Numbered from the stretch's first letter, positions 22,172 to 29,790 are shown. The stretch is 36,146 nucleotides of DNA from a virus (IMGVR_UViG_3300002461_000279:1-36146), one strand, 5' to 3'. Made by a program: numbers and translations. The notes: generated by a model from the sequence alone, not told the origin.

Positions 22172-22212
22172 ACTCCTTTCGGAGTTGACAATAACTCCTT
22201 TCGGAGTATTCT
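22172..22212 (+). promoter_or_regulatory. Sigma70-type promoter bracketed by two identical 14-bp palindromes
   Basis: ACTCCTTTCGGAGT at 22172-22185 and at 22194-22207. TTGACA at 22185-22190, 16 nt spacer, TATTCT at 22207-22212. GGAGG then ATG 22241 follow downstream. Confidence 0.7.
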
Positions 22213-22240
22213 AGCCTTCGTCACCCCCGACGGAGGCCCC

Positions 22241-22462
22241 ATGTTACGAGCCCGCTTCAAACAGTCTGTATACGCAATTCAGCACTGCAGCACTGGTTTT
22301 TGCCTGCAGCTGTCCGCACCGCCCGATGACGGTAGCGCCCGCCCTGACACCACACTGACGCTGCCCGGCCTGGCGACGCACTTCCCCACTCGCGCCGAGG
22401 CCGAGCTCGCCTATGCCAGTCTTGGCCCGTCTCTGTGCGAGATCGTGAGGTTCGACGCATGA
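22241..22462 (+). CDS. Hypothetical protein, 73 aa
   Basis: GGAGG SD. First gene after the operator-flanked promoter. Confidence 0.6.
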   Translation: MLRARFKQSVYAIQHCSTGFCLQLSAPPDDGSARPDTTLTLPGLATHFPTRAEAELAYASLGPSLCEIVRFDA

Positions 22463-22716
22463 AGCGCTCGATCACCATCGCGGTCCACGGCGATACCATC
22501 GACCAGATCCGCCAGGCCATGCAGGCCGCCGGCCTTAAACCGATGACCGAGCACGAGATCGCCTGCATGGCGACGAACCTCGGCCTGCGCGACATCCTCG
22601 GCTCTTACACCAAACTAGCCGATATCGAGCGGGCCTACGCGGCTCGCCAATCACCCGAGCCCATGGTCACCGGCACGGCATGGGAGGGCGCGCTCGAGGA
22701 AAGGCAGGCGTCATGA
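22459..22716 (+). CDS. Hypothetical protein, 85 aa
   Basis: ATG 22459 overlaps the upstream stop (ATGA). MKRSITIAVHGDTIDQIRQAM... Confidence 0.6.
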   Translation: MKRSITIAVHGDTIDQIRQAMQAAGLKPMTEHEIACMATNLGLRDILGSYTKLADIERAYAARQSPEPMVTGTAWEGALEERQAS

Positions 22717-23495
22717 AAGTTCATCTTGACGAAGTGATCGCTGGTGTCCGCGCGAAAACGTCGATGATCGAAAAGGAGATCAACGACCACGAGGAACGCT
22801 TACTGGTCGGTTTGTTTTTGCGGGCATCTGAACATGCCATTTGCTTTCACGCCGGCGACATCAACGACATAAAGGACTTGCGCCCCATCGGCGAACTTCT
22901 TCGCCTGCCCTACCCCACTTGCTGGATCGAAGGCTCGATCTACAACGAGAAGATTAGCCGTATGGGGCACATGGGCGCCATGCTTCAGCAGATGGACGGC
23001 AAGGTTGCGTCGCTCATATTTAGCTGGAATGACCACCGGCCTATCGTTCTTCACGGGCTCGTGACTTGGAGCATGGAAGATGGTGGCTCTACGCGACTAC
23101 GCCAGGAAATATTTCCGCCAAGTGCTGCCGACACGTTGAGAGAAGGCGTGCGATGGATCACGCGCTTCCTTACAGCGCTGAACTGCTGCAACGTCACCCG
23201 AGTTGAGCACTCACCACCACCCAAAGTAAACCAAGCTCGCGCGAAAAAGGGAAAGCAGCCGCTATTCTCTTTTTGGACCCTCGATTTGGCGCCGGCCGAC
23301 GGCACCAATGCTTATTCGATGGGGGGCACTCATGCAGCTCCCAGAGTTCACTTGCGCCGCGGCCACATAAAACGACGACAAGGATCAGACAAGTGGTGGT
23401 GGGTGCAGCCGCACATGGTTGGGCGCAATAGTCCCAGTGCGGGCATCGTCCATAAGAACTACGACGCAAGCGCGTTGGTGGGCGAACCGTCATGA
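22713..23495 (+). CDS. Hypothetical protein, 260 aa, with a basic C-terminal HLRRGHIKRR...WWWVQPHMVG motif
   Basis: ATG 22713 overlaps the upstream stop (ATGA). AT-richer DNA. No family recognised. Confidence 0.65.
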   Translation: MKVHLDEVIAGVRAKTSMIEKEINDHEERLLVGLFLRASEHAICFHAGDINDIKDLRPIGELLRLPYPTCWIEGSIYNEKISRMGHMGAMLQQMDGKVASLIFSWNDHRPIVLHGLVTWSMEDGGSTRLRQEIFPPSAADTLREGVRWITRFLTALNCCNVTRVEHSPPPKVNQARAKKGKQPLFSFWTLDLAPADGTNAYSMGGTHAAPRVHLRRGHIKRRQGSDKWWWVQPHMVGRNSPSAGIVHKNYDASALVGEPS

Positions 23496-23752
23496 GAGAC
23501 ACCCCCTGCCTCATCCTTACTCCTGACGAAGCCATCGAGGCCGAGCAGCTGATCGACATGCTCGAGCACAGCCTAACGCAGCGCCGGCAGATCGCGGCTG
23601 AACTTGCCTACATGCGCGGCGTGTTCAGCGCGGCCAAGCGCGATCGCCATCGGCTGCCTGTCAACACCCAGCGCCAGGTCGATCGCTGGCCCCGGTATGC
23701 ACGGCACGTCGTCTTCGATCGCCCCCGCCCTCCTCTGGAGCTCATGCCATGA
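23492..23752 (+). CDS. Hypothetical protein, 86 aa
   Basis: ATGA overlap at 23492-23495. Confidence 0.55.
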   Translation: MRDTPCLILTPDEAIEAEQLIDMLEHSLTQRRQIAAELAYMRGVFSAAKRDRHRLPVNTQRQVDRWPRYARHVVFDRPRPPLELMP

Positions 23753-24102
23753 CTGACTGGAAACACGCACGACCCTACCCCCTCGAACTGGCGAGGGCCG
23801 AGCACGACAAGCGTTCCGAAGCAGCGGATCTGCTCGCACTTCTGTTGGCCGTGTGCGTACTTTCGTTCTGGGCAGGCTATGAACTGGCCTCAGAGCATCG
23901 CACCGACCAGGCCGCCGCAATCAGTGGCGCACCGACACTCTCGACGATCCAGCCTTGCCCGGAGAGCGATGCCGGTCAAGACATTATCGAGCACAGCTGG
24001 AGCCACCGCGGCGAGCTGTTCTACCGCGAGTGCCATGTCGTCGCCAGGCCCATCGACGCGCAACCCAACTACGCACGCGCCCAACCTCGCACAAGGATGT
24101 AA
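23749..24102 (+). CDS. Hypothetical membrane protein, 117 aa, one TM segment
   Basis: ATGA overlap at 23749-23752. Hydrophobic segment LLALLLAVCVLSFWAGY. Confidence 0.55.
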   Translation: MTDWKHARPYPLELARAEHDKRSEAADLLALLLAVCVLSFWAGYELASEHRTDQAAAISGAPTLSTIQPCPESDAGQDIIEHSWSHRGELFYRECHVVARPIDAQPNYARAQPRTRM

Positions 24103-24107
24103 TCGCC

Positions 24108-24647
24108 ATGACTTCCGCAAACCCTCAACCGCTTTCATTGCTCGATCACGTGCTTGTGCTGATTAACGCGAAGCACGTCGCCGGCGAACCGCTGTCGCAA
24201 ACTGCCATGGCCGAAAAGCTTGGCAAATCGACGGGCGCGATCAATATCAGCTTCTGGACGCTGCGCCAGAAAGGCCTGCTCACGCCGGAGAACCAGCTTA
24301 CCGATGAAGGCCGCGCGCATCTGGCGACGCTGATCCCCGATAGCGAAGTTCAGGCCCAGGTATCGCCCCCCCCCAAGCAAGCGGAGAAGAAGCCCCGAGG
24401 CCGGCCGGCGACCAAAGCCACTTCGACGGCTGTCGCTATCCACATGCCATCACCTGCTCCGACTTCTCGCGCCGACGCCGTGCACAAGGTCGGCGACGGC
24501 ATCGTCGCCAACTCGCACGCCACGTTCAAGGCACTGCGCGAGTACTTGGCCGAGTCGGTGGAAGCAAGTTCGCTGCTTACCGCCTTGCTCGATGCGCATG
24601 CCGGCGCGCTGCAGCTGGCCGATGACACTTACCGCGCTGCGCGCTGA
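24108..24647 (+). CDS. Winged-helix DNA-binding protein with an AT-hook-like PRGRPA motif
   Basis: 179 aa from ATG 24108. LSQTAMAEKLGKSTGAINISFWTLRQKGLL is MarR/wHTH-like. KKPRGRPATK is an AT-hook. Contains a C9 homopolymer. The track ORF from 23955 is over-extended. Confidence 0.6.
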   Translation: MTSANPQPLSLLDHVLVLINAKHVAGEPLSQTAMAEKLGKSTGAINISFWTLRQKGLLTPENQLTDEGRAHLATLIPDSEVQAQVSPPPKQAEKKPRGRPATKATSTAVAIHMPSPAPTSRADAVHKVGDGIVANSHATFKALREYLAESVEASSLLTALLDAHAGALQLADDTYRAAR

Positions 24648-24654
24648 GGAACCC

Positions 24655-26379
24655 ATGAACGCACCAACCGACATCGTCCCCCGTTTCTTTCTCATTCCTA
24701 CCGACGAACTGATCCCGTCGAGCACGCAGGTCCAGGCCGCTCGCCGGCGCCGATTTAACCAGCAGGCCCTTGATGAACTGGCCGCCTCGATCAAGCAGTC
24801 CGGCGTCCTACAGCCGATCCTTGTTCGGCCGTTCCACGAGGCGAACATTGTCAACACGGCGAAGGGAACGAGCCCCGGCTACGAGATCGTCGCTGGCGAA
24901 CGTCGTTTCGTGGCTAGCCGCCTCGCAGGCCTCCCGCAGATCCCCGCGATCGTGCGCGAACTGAGCGACGCCGAGGTCCTCGAGGCGCAACTGGTCGAGA
25001 ACATCCAGCGCGAAGATCTCGATCCGCTGTCCGAGGCCGCTGGCTACCGGGAGCTGATGACGCTCAAGAAAATCACTGCGGACGAACTGGCCGAGCTCGT
25101 GGGCAAGTCACGCAGCGCGATATTTGCCAGGCTCAAGCTGCTACAGCTGGGGCCAGCCGGTCGTGAAGCCGTGGAAAACGGCCAGCTCGACGCCTCCCGC
25201 GCGCTGTTGGTAGCGCGCATACCAGACGAGAAGCACCAGGCGATCGCGCTCAAGCTGGCCCTCGAGCGGGACTGGCGCGGCAACCCGCAGTACTCGTACC
25301 GCGACCTGCTGGCCGAGATCGGCAAGAAGGGCGCGACCGTGTCGCTCGCCGGCGCGCCTTTTAAGCTCACCGACCCGACGCTTCTGCACGGCACTGCGCC
25401 GGCCTGCATGGAGTGCCCGCACCTGACGGCCAACGCGATGACCGACATCCCGTCGGACAGTGCAGACGTGTGCACGCAGCCGCTGTGCTATCGGAACAAG
25501 CTCAAGGCCTACACGAAACGCCGGACGCAGGAAGCCGAGGACCAGGGCATCGAGATCGTGAAGGGCGAGGAAGCGAAGAAGATCGTGCCGCAGAAGGGCG
25601 TGATCGTTGGCTACATCGACATCGACACGCCCTGCCCGATGGACGAGTTCCCCGACGACGAGCCGCCGTACGCCGACACTGAGGCTTACAAAATCGAGCT
25701 GGCAGCATGGCAAACGAAGGCCGACGCGTGGAAGCCTCGCACCTACCGCGAGCTAATCGGCTCCGCCCGCCTACCGACTATCCTGCTCGAAGACCCGAAG
25801 ACCAAGCTGATTCGCGAGCTGATGTCGATCGAAAACGCACGCGACGCCCTGAAGGCGATCGGCATTAGCCTGCCGGACTACGCGGTAGTCATTAAGGCAC
25901 CGCCGCAGCCCGTGTCGCCGCAGGAACGTGAAGCGCAACACCGAGAACATATTGCCAAAGCTGGGCAGGAGATCGCGTTTCGCAAGCAGTTGCTGAAGGC
26001 GATTTTTCCGAAGGCACTCGGGAAGATTACGCCGGAGGAGGTGACAGCAATCGCCATCGAGCGCGCCGAAGAGTGGCAGGTCAGAGCGGTGCTGGAACCG
26101 CTCTACGGCGCTAAGTACCACGCTATCAAACGGTGGGCGCCCGACGAGCTTGGCCGGCTGCTGCGTTTGAGCTACGTGGCCGAGGAAGCCGACAGTTCGT
26201 ACGGCAATCCCGAAGTCCTGCTCGCGCTGGCCAAGCGCTACAAGATCGACGTCGACGCGATCCGCAAGGGCGACATCGAGGAGCAAAAGCCGACGCCGGC
26301 GAAAAATGGTACGAGAGCGAAAACCAAGCCCAAAGCCGCAGCGACGAAGGCCCCGGCGAAGAAGGCGAAAGCGAAATGA
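24655..26379 (+). CDS. ParB/Srx-fold N-terminal domain protein with a Cys4 cluster and a Lys/Ala/Pro-rich tail
   Basis: 574 aa from ATG 24655 (SD GAGGA). GVLQPILVRP...YEIVAGERRFVASRLAGL..IPAIVREL...LVENIQREDL are the ParB boxes. CMEC...CTQPLC lies at 25405-25487. The C-terminus is KPTPAKNGTRAKTKPKAAATKAPAKKAKAK. Confidence 0.8.
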   Translation: MNAPTDIVPRFFLIPTDELIPSSTQVQAARRRRFNQQALDELAASIKQSGVLQPILVRPFHEANIVNTAKGTSPGYEIVAGERRFVASRLAGLPQIPAIVRELSDAEVLEAQLVENIQREDLDPLSEAAGYRELMTLKKITADELAELVGKSRSAIFARLKLLQLGPAGREAVENGQLDASRALLVARIPDEKHQAIALKLALERDWRGNPQYSYRDLLAEIGKKGATVSLAGAPFKLTDPTLLHGTAPACMECPHLTANAMTDIPSDSADVCTQPLCYRNKLKAYTKRRTQEAEDQGIEIVKGEEAKKIVPQKGVIVGYIDIDTPCPMDEFPDDEPPYADTEAYKIELAAWQTKADAWKPRTYRELIGSARLPTILLEDPKTKLIRELMSIENARDALKAIGISLPDYAVVIKAPPQPVSPQEREAQHREHIAKAGQEIAFRKQLLKAIFPKALGKITPEEVTAIAIERAEEWQVRAVLEPLYGAKYHAIKRWAPDELGRLLRLSYVAEEADSSYGNPEVLLALAKRYKIDVDAIRKGDIEEQKPTPAKNGTRAKTKPKAAATKAPAKKAKAK

Positions 26380-26612
26380 GCTTGCCGTTCGCGACCACCG
26401 ATTGGGAGAAGGTCGCTGCCCTGCTTCTATGGAGATCCACGCGCGGCCGGCGACCGCTCACCATCCGCAAGCCAGACGTCGAGCAGTTCGCGGCGGCCCG
26501 CTGGACGATGCTTGTGACGAGCGACGTTGACTCCCTGCAATTTCACTTGCTTACCCCGGACGAATTGGCCGCGCTGAAAGAGCATCAGCACAAGCTAGGA
26601 GGCGAGTCATGA
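26376..26612 (+). CDS. Hypothetical protein, 78 aa
   Basis: ATG 26376 overlaps the ParB-like stop (ATGA). The track ORF from 26133 is over-extended. Confidence 0.55.
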   Translation: MSLPFATTDWEKVAALLLWRSTRGRRPLTIRKPDVEQFAAARWTMLVTSDVDSLQFHLLTPDELAALKEHQHKLGGES

Positions 26613-27019
26613 CGTTCGCACGCGGCAAGAATCCAAACTCGCAAGCGATCCTGCTGAAGGGACGCCAGGCAGCGAAGCAGCGCTACTCGTACAAGGTTTT
26701 GGCGCGCATGATCCACCGTATGCAGGTCGGCAAGTTCACAATATCCGCTTTGGCGAAATACGCCGGCGTGTCGCGGAACAGCGCGACCCGATGGACACAC
26801 GCGAACTACGCAGCAGGCAACGTGCATATCGCTGAGTATCTTCGCACGCTCAACTATCGGATCGGCGCCAGGGTGTACCAATGGGGCAGCGGAGACGATG
26901 CGGCCAAGCCCAAGCCCATGACGCGAGCCGAGATCCAGCGGCGGCACAGAGCAAAGGGACGGAGCCTGGACGGGTGGCGTGGGGTACGCGTGGCGACCGA
27001 AGAGCAGAGAACGACATGA
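26609..27019 (+). CDS. Hypothetical HTH protein, 136 aa
   Basis: AGGAGG SD and ATGA overlap. ISALAKYAGVSRNSATRW is HTH-like. Confidence 0.55.
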   Translation: MTFARGKNPNSQAILLKGRQAAKQRYSYKVLARMIHRMQVGKFTISALAKYAGVSRNSATRWTHANYAAGNVHIAEYLRTLNYRIGARVYQWGSGDDAAKPKPMTRAEIQRRHRAKGRSLDGWRGVRVATEEQRTT

Positions 27020-27360
27020 GCGATCGCGTGACCGCCAAGCTGATCACCGTCGCCGAGTTCGCCGAAGCGGCGAGCGTTCACCCGGAAACGATTCGCCGCT
27101 GGTGCCGAGAAGGGAAGGTTGCCTACGTTAGACACGGCCGCGACTACCGTTTTCACCCCGATGTATTATCCGCGGGAGCCTGCGCTGCGGATCAGGAGGA
27201 TCAAAGATGTCAATCCGCAGAAGAAATGGCCGCTTGTACGTTGATTTCTATACGCCAAGCGGACGTCGAATTAGAGAAGTTGTTGCAACACACGATCGGC
27301 GTGAGGCCCAGGAGTACCACGACAAACTCAAAGCCGAATATTGGAAGGCGGAACGACTAG
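27016..27360 (+). CDS. xis: Excisionase-family (MerR-like) HTH protein
   Basis: ATG 27016 overlaps the upstream stop (ATGA). LITVAEFAEAASVHPETIRRWCREGKVAYVRHGRDYRF is the excisionase-type HTH. The frame stays open to 27360, overlapping int by 154 nt. Confidence 0.7.
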   Translation: MSDRVTAKLITVAEFAEAASVHPETIRRWCREGKVAYVRHGRDYRFHPDVLSAGACAADQEDQRCQSAEEMAACTLISIRQADVELEKLLQHTIGVRPRSTTTNSKPNIGRRND

Positions 27361-28328
27361 GCCACAAGCCGCGCGTTCCATTCGCTGCCGCTGCCGCACG
27401 ATGGCTGCGCGAGGCGACGCAGAAAGCCAGCCTGAGAAACGACGCCCTGCACATCGCATTTTGGCGACAGCATTTCGCTTACCTCGATGACGTCACACGC
27501 GAGAAGGCGGATCTGGCTGTTGCGCACCTAGGCGACAGCAACGCAAACCGCTACATGGCCACCCTGCGAACGATCATGAACCGAGCTGCTGGAGAGTGGA
27601 GCATGATCGACAAGGCCCCGACCTTCCGGATGCGTGAAGAAGCAGATCGGCGCATACGCTTCCTGACTCGCCAGGAAGCGCAGACGCTGATCGGCGCGAT
27701 CGCAGTTCGGCATCGACCGCTGGTGAAGCTTTTGTTCGCCACCGGGCTGCGTTTGGGCTCTGCCCTGGCGCTCACCTGGCCGCAGGTCGACCTGGCTCGA
27801 CGGGTCGCCTGGATCCACCCGGATCAATCGAAGAACCGGAAGGCGATCGCCGTCCCGCTGAACGAAGACGCGGTACAAGCGCTGCTCGAGGCCAAGGGGC
27901 GGCACAGGGTGTCGGTGTTCAACCAGGCCAGGCCCACGCATGCGGTATGGAAGAAGGCGCTCGAGCGCGCTGGGCTGGTTGACTTCCGGATCCACGACTG
28001 CCGGCACACGTGGGCAAGCTGGCACGTCCAAGCCGGTACGCCGCTGTACGCGTTGCAGGAAATGGGAGGCTGGAAGACGGTCGAGATGGTGAGGAAGTAT
28101 GCTCACCTAGCGGCCGAGCACCTGGCGGAACACGCCGACCGCATCGGAGGTTTGGGCTCTGGGAAGGCACAACCATCCGACTTGGTGGGCGCATCCGACA
28201 AGGCACAGCAAGAAAGTGCAGCAGAATCAACAGGTGGCGGAGAGGGTGGGATTCGAACCCACGTGCCAGATTACTCTGACCATCCGATTTCGAGTCGTAT
28301 TTTCGAAGCACCGCAGCATTTTCATTAA
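27207..28328 (+). CDS. int: Tyrosine integrase
   Basis: AGGAGGA SD. The N-terminus is arm-binding type (SIRRRNGRLYVDFYTPSGRRIRE). Catalytic R (GLRLGSAL), HDCRHTWASW and VRKYAHL Tyr are present. The 3' end runs through the attP tRNA-like segment. Confidence 0.9.
   Translation: MSIRRRNGRLYVDFYTPSGRRIREVVATHDRREAQEYHDKLKAEYWKAERLGHKPRVPFAAAAARWLREATQKASLRNDALHIAFWRQHFAYLDDVTREKADLAVAHLGDSNANRYMATLRTIMNRAAGEWSMIDKAPTFRMREEADRRIRFLTRQEAQTLIGAIAVRHRPLVKLLFATGLRLGSALALTWPQVDLARRVAWIHPDQSKNRKAIAVPLNEDAVQALLEAKGRHRVSVFNQARPTHAVWKKALERAGLVDFRIHDCRHTWASWHVQAGTPLYALQEMGGWKTVEMVRKYAHLAAEHLAEHADRIGGLGSGKAQPSDLVGASDKAQQESAAESTGGGEGGIRTHVPDYSDHPISSRIFEAPQHFH
28235..28300 (-). other. attP core: copy of the 3' part of a tRNA-Ser(CGA)-like gene
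   Basis: Minus strand reads ...ACGACTCGAAATCGGA-TGGTCAGAGTAATCTGGCA-CGTGGGTTCGAATCCCAC-CCTCTCC-G-CCA. It shows an anticodon loop CUCGAAA, a 6-bp long variable arm, a T-arm with GGTTCGAATCC and a 3' acceptor strand. No D-arm or 5' acceptor strand is present. Confidence 0.8.
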
Positions 28329-28431
28329 TTCAGTAACTTAAGCATGATTTGTGGCGCAGGCTCAGTGCTACTTATCGCAATGCAACCTCCTACGGCAGCG
28401 ATCTGGTTTGGGCAGGATCTGGGCACACAGC

Positions 28432-28605
28432 TTACCGACCCCGCCACGCCCTCGTAATCTCCCGGTCGATCACGTCGAGCCGGTCAAGCCCTGACAGCAA
28501 CCGCGTCACCAGCCGCAGCGCATGATCCGCCATCATCGACGCGCCGATCACAGCCCCGATGCAAAGCCCAACCATGAACGCCAGCGCGACTAGAGTCCAG
28601 TGCAT
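28432..28605 (-). CDS. Unannotated 57-aa membrane protein at the end of the lysis operon
   Basis: ATG 28605 to TAA 28432. MHWTLVALAFMVGLCIGAVIGASMMADHALRLVTRLLSGLDRLDVIDREITRAWRGR. Overlaps the upstream gene by 16 nt. Below the track cut-off. Confidence 0.45.
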   Translation of the reverse strand: MHWTLVALAFMVGLCIGAVIGASMMADHALRLVTRLLSGLDRLDVIDREITRAWRGR

Positions 28606-28883
28606 CCGGCGATTGCCGCTTCGAGCTGCGCCTCATACGCCTGCCTGAGCCGCCGATCGCGCGCCAGGCCGAGCACCAGGCCGTAGTCGTCGAGTGCCAG
28701 CAAGTCCTGGTCCGAGAGCAGCGCCGGCCGGACGGGCGCCTGGCTGATGCACGGGACCGGGATCGGCACCCGGACCTCGCGCGGGATCTGCGGGCTGGAC
28801 GCGCAACCGGCGAGGATCGCCAACATGCCAATCAGGCCAGTTTGGCAAACTGAACGGAATGCGTGACCGGCCCGATTGCTCAC
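28590..28883 (-). CDS. Pro-rich lipoprotein, candidate o-spanin (Rz1-like)
   Basis: GTG 28883, just after the upstream stop. MSNRAGHAFRSVCQTGLIGMLAILAG|CASSPQIPREVRVPIPVPC has lipobox LAGC and a Pro-rich mature N-terminus. The track ORF to 29045 is over-extended. Confidence 0.55.
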   Translation of the reverse strand: MSNRAGHAFRSVCQTGLIGMLAILAGCASSPQIPREVRVPIPVPCISQAPVRPALLSDQDLLALDDYGLVLGLARDRRLRQAYEAQLEAAIAGCTGL

Positions 28884-28884
28884 G

Positions 28885-29208
28885 TTACGCCGCAATCTTG
28901 CCGACAGAACGTTGATACAGCCGCTCGGCGAGCAGGTAGCCCTCCAGCAGCCACAGATTGTCGAACGCCTGCTTGTACGCGAGGCTTTTGCCGATCTCAA
29001 AATTGAAGTTCCGAGGGTCCACACAGGCCGACTCGCCGCGAACACTGAACCCGTTCACCAGCGTGATGTTGCAGATCGTCACCTTCTCCCACGCGACCAC
29101 GTAGTCGACCTTCGCGATGCGCTGCTCGATCGACGCCTTTGTCACCTTGTCGTGCTGCAGGACTTCGATTGCCTTTTCCAGCTGTTCACCCTTCAAGCTT
29201 GGTTCCAT
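28885..29208 (-). CDS. N4 gp49 / Sf6 gp66 family protein
   Basis: 107 aa. VTICNITLVNGFSVRGESACVDPRNFNFEIGKSLAYKQAFDNLWLLEGYLL matches that family's conserved core. GGAG SD. Confidence 0.7.
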   Translation of the reverse strand: MEPSLKGEQLEKAIEVLQHDKVTKASIEQRIAKVDYVVAWEKVTICNITLVNGFSVRGESACVDPRNFNFEIGKSLAYKQAFDNLWLLEGYLLAERLYQRSVGKIAA

Positions 29209-29239
29209 CTTTGCGCTCCATCTGATTGCCGTGATTCCG

Positions 29240-29614
29240 TCACGGCGCGGCTGAACTCAAATCCTCGCGCACCACCCTCGCCGCCTCAGCGGTCGGGCAC
29301 TCCCCGCCCGGCCTCGCGCCCGCCATCACGCGCGAGAGCGCCTCCGCCGACCGCTTGGCTACGTCGACCGCGCCCTGCGCCTCGCGACGCGCCACAGCGC
29401 CACGGCGGGCCGCTTCCTGCGCCTTGGCTTCGAGATCTGCAACCGCTGCCGCCTGGCGATCGTGCGCGGCCAGCAGCACGGCGTAGGATGCCTGGCATCG
29501 CTCGAGTGCCGCTTGTGCTGCGGTCGCTTGAGTTCGCAGGTACGCGCCGCTGACCACCATGACGATGAACGCGCCCATGGCCAGCCATTGCCCGAGAGAG
29601 GGACGCAGGATCAT
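29240..29614 (-). CDS. i-spanin (Rz-like)
   Basis: 124 aa from ATG 29614. N-terminal TM segment (WLAMGAFIVMVVSGAYL), then an Ala/Arg/Glu/Gln coiled coil. ATGA overlap with the upstream gene. Confidence 0.65.
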   Translation of the reverse strand: MILRPSLGQWLAMGAFIVMVVSGAYLRTQATAAQAALERCQASYAVLLAAHDRQAAAVADLEAKAQEAARRGAVARREAQGAVDVAKRSAEALSRVMAGARPGGECPTAEAARVVREDLSSAAP

Positions 29615-29790
29615 GGCCGACCCCAGCGAATGATCTGCAGCGACGCGGCGATCACCAGATCGTTCGCGACCTGGATCAGCATGTAGACGCACCAGCCGAA
29701 GATGATCAGCGCGTAGATCACAGTCAGGATTTCAGCGCACACCAAAGCGCGCAGACGGCGCAGGCGCTCGGCGTAGGTCAGGCGAGGCAC
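29611..29790 (-). CDS. Small membrane protein in the lysis cassette, possibly an antiholin or second holin
   Basis: GTG 29790 (start uncertain). TM segment ILTVIYALIIFGWCVYMLI. Its stop overlaps the i-spanin ATG. Confidence 0.4.
   Translation of the reverse strand: MPRLTYAERLRRLRALVCAEILTVIYALIIFGWCVYMLIQVANDLVIAASLQIIRWGRP

Noticed and set aside
28235-28300. A possible functional tRNA gene on the minus strand.
   Set aside because: Only the anticodon loop, variable arm, T-arm and 3' acceptor strand are present. There is no D-arm or 5' acceptor strand, and one mismatch lies in the anticodon stem. It is an attP copy of a host tRNA 3' part.
28400-28422. GATCTGG repeated twice, 16 bp apart, beside attP, as candidate Int arm-type sites.
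   Set aside because: There are only two 7-bp copies. That is too short to distinguish from chance without footprinting or comparison with the other arm.
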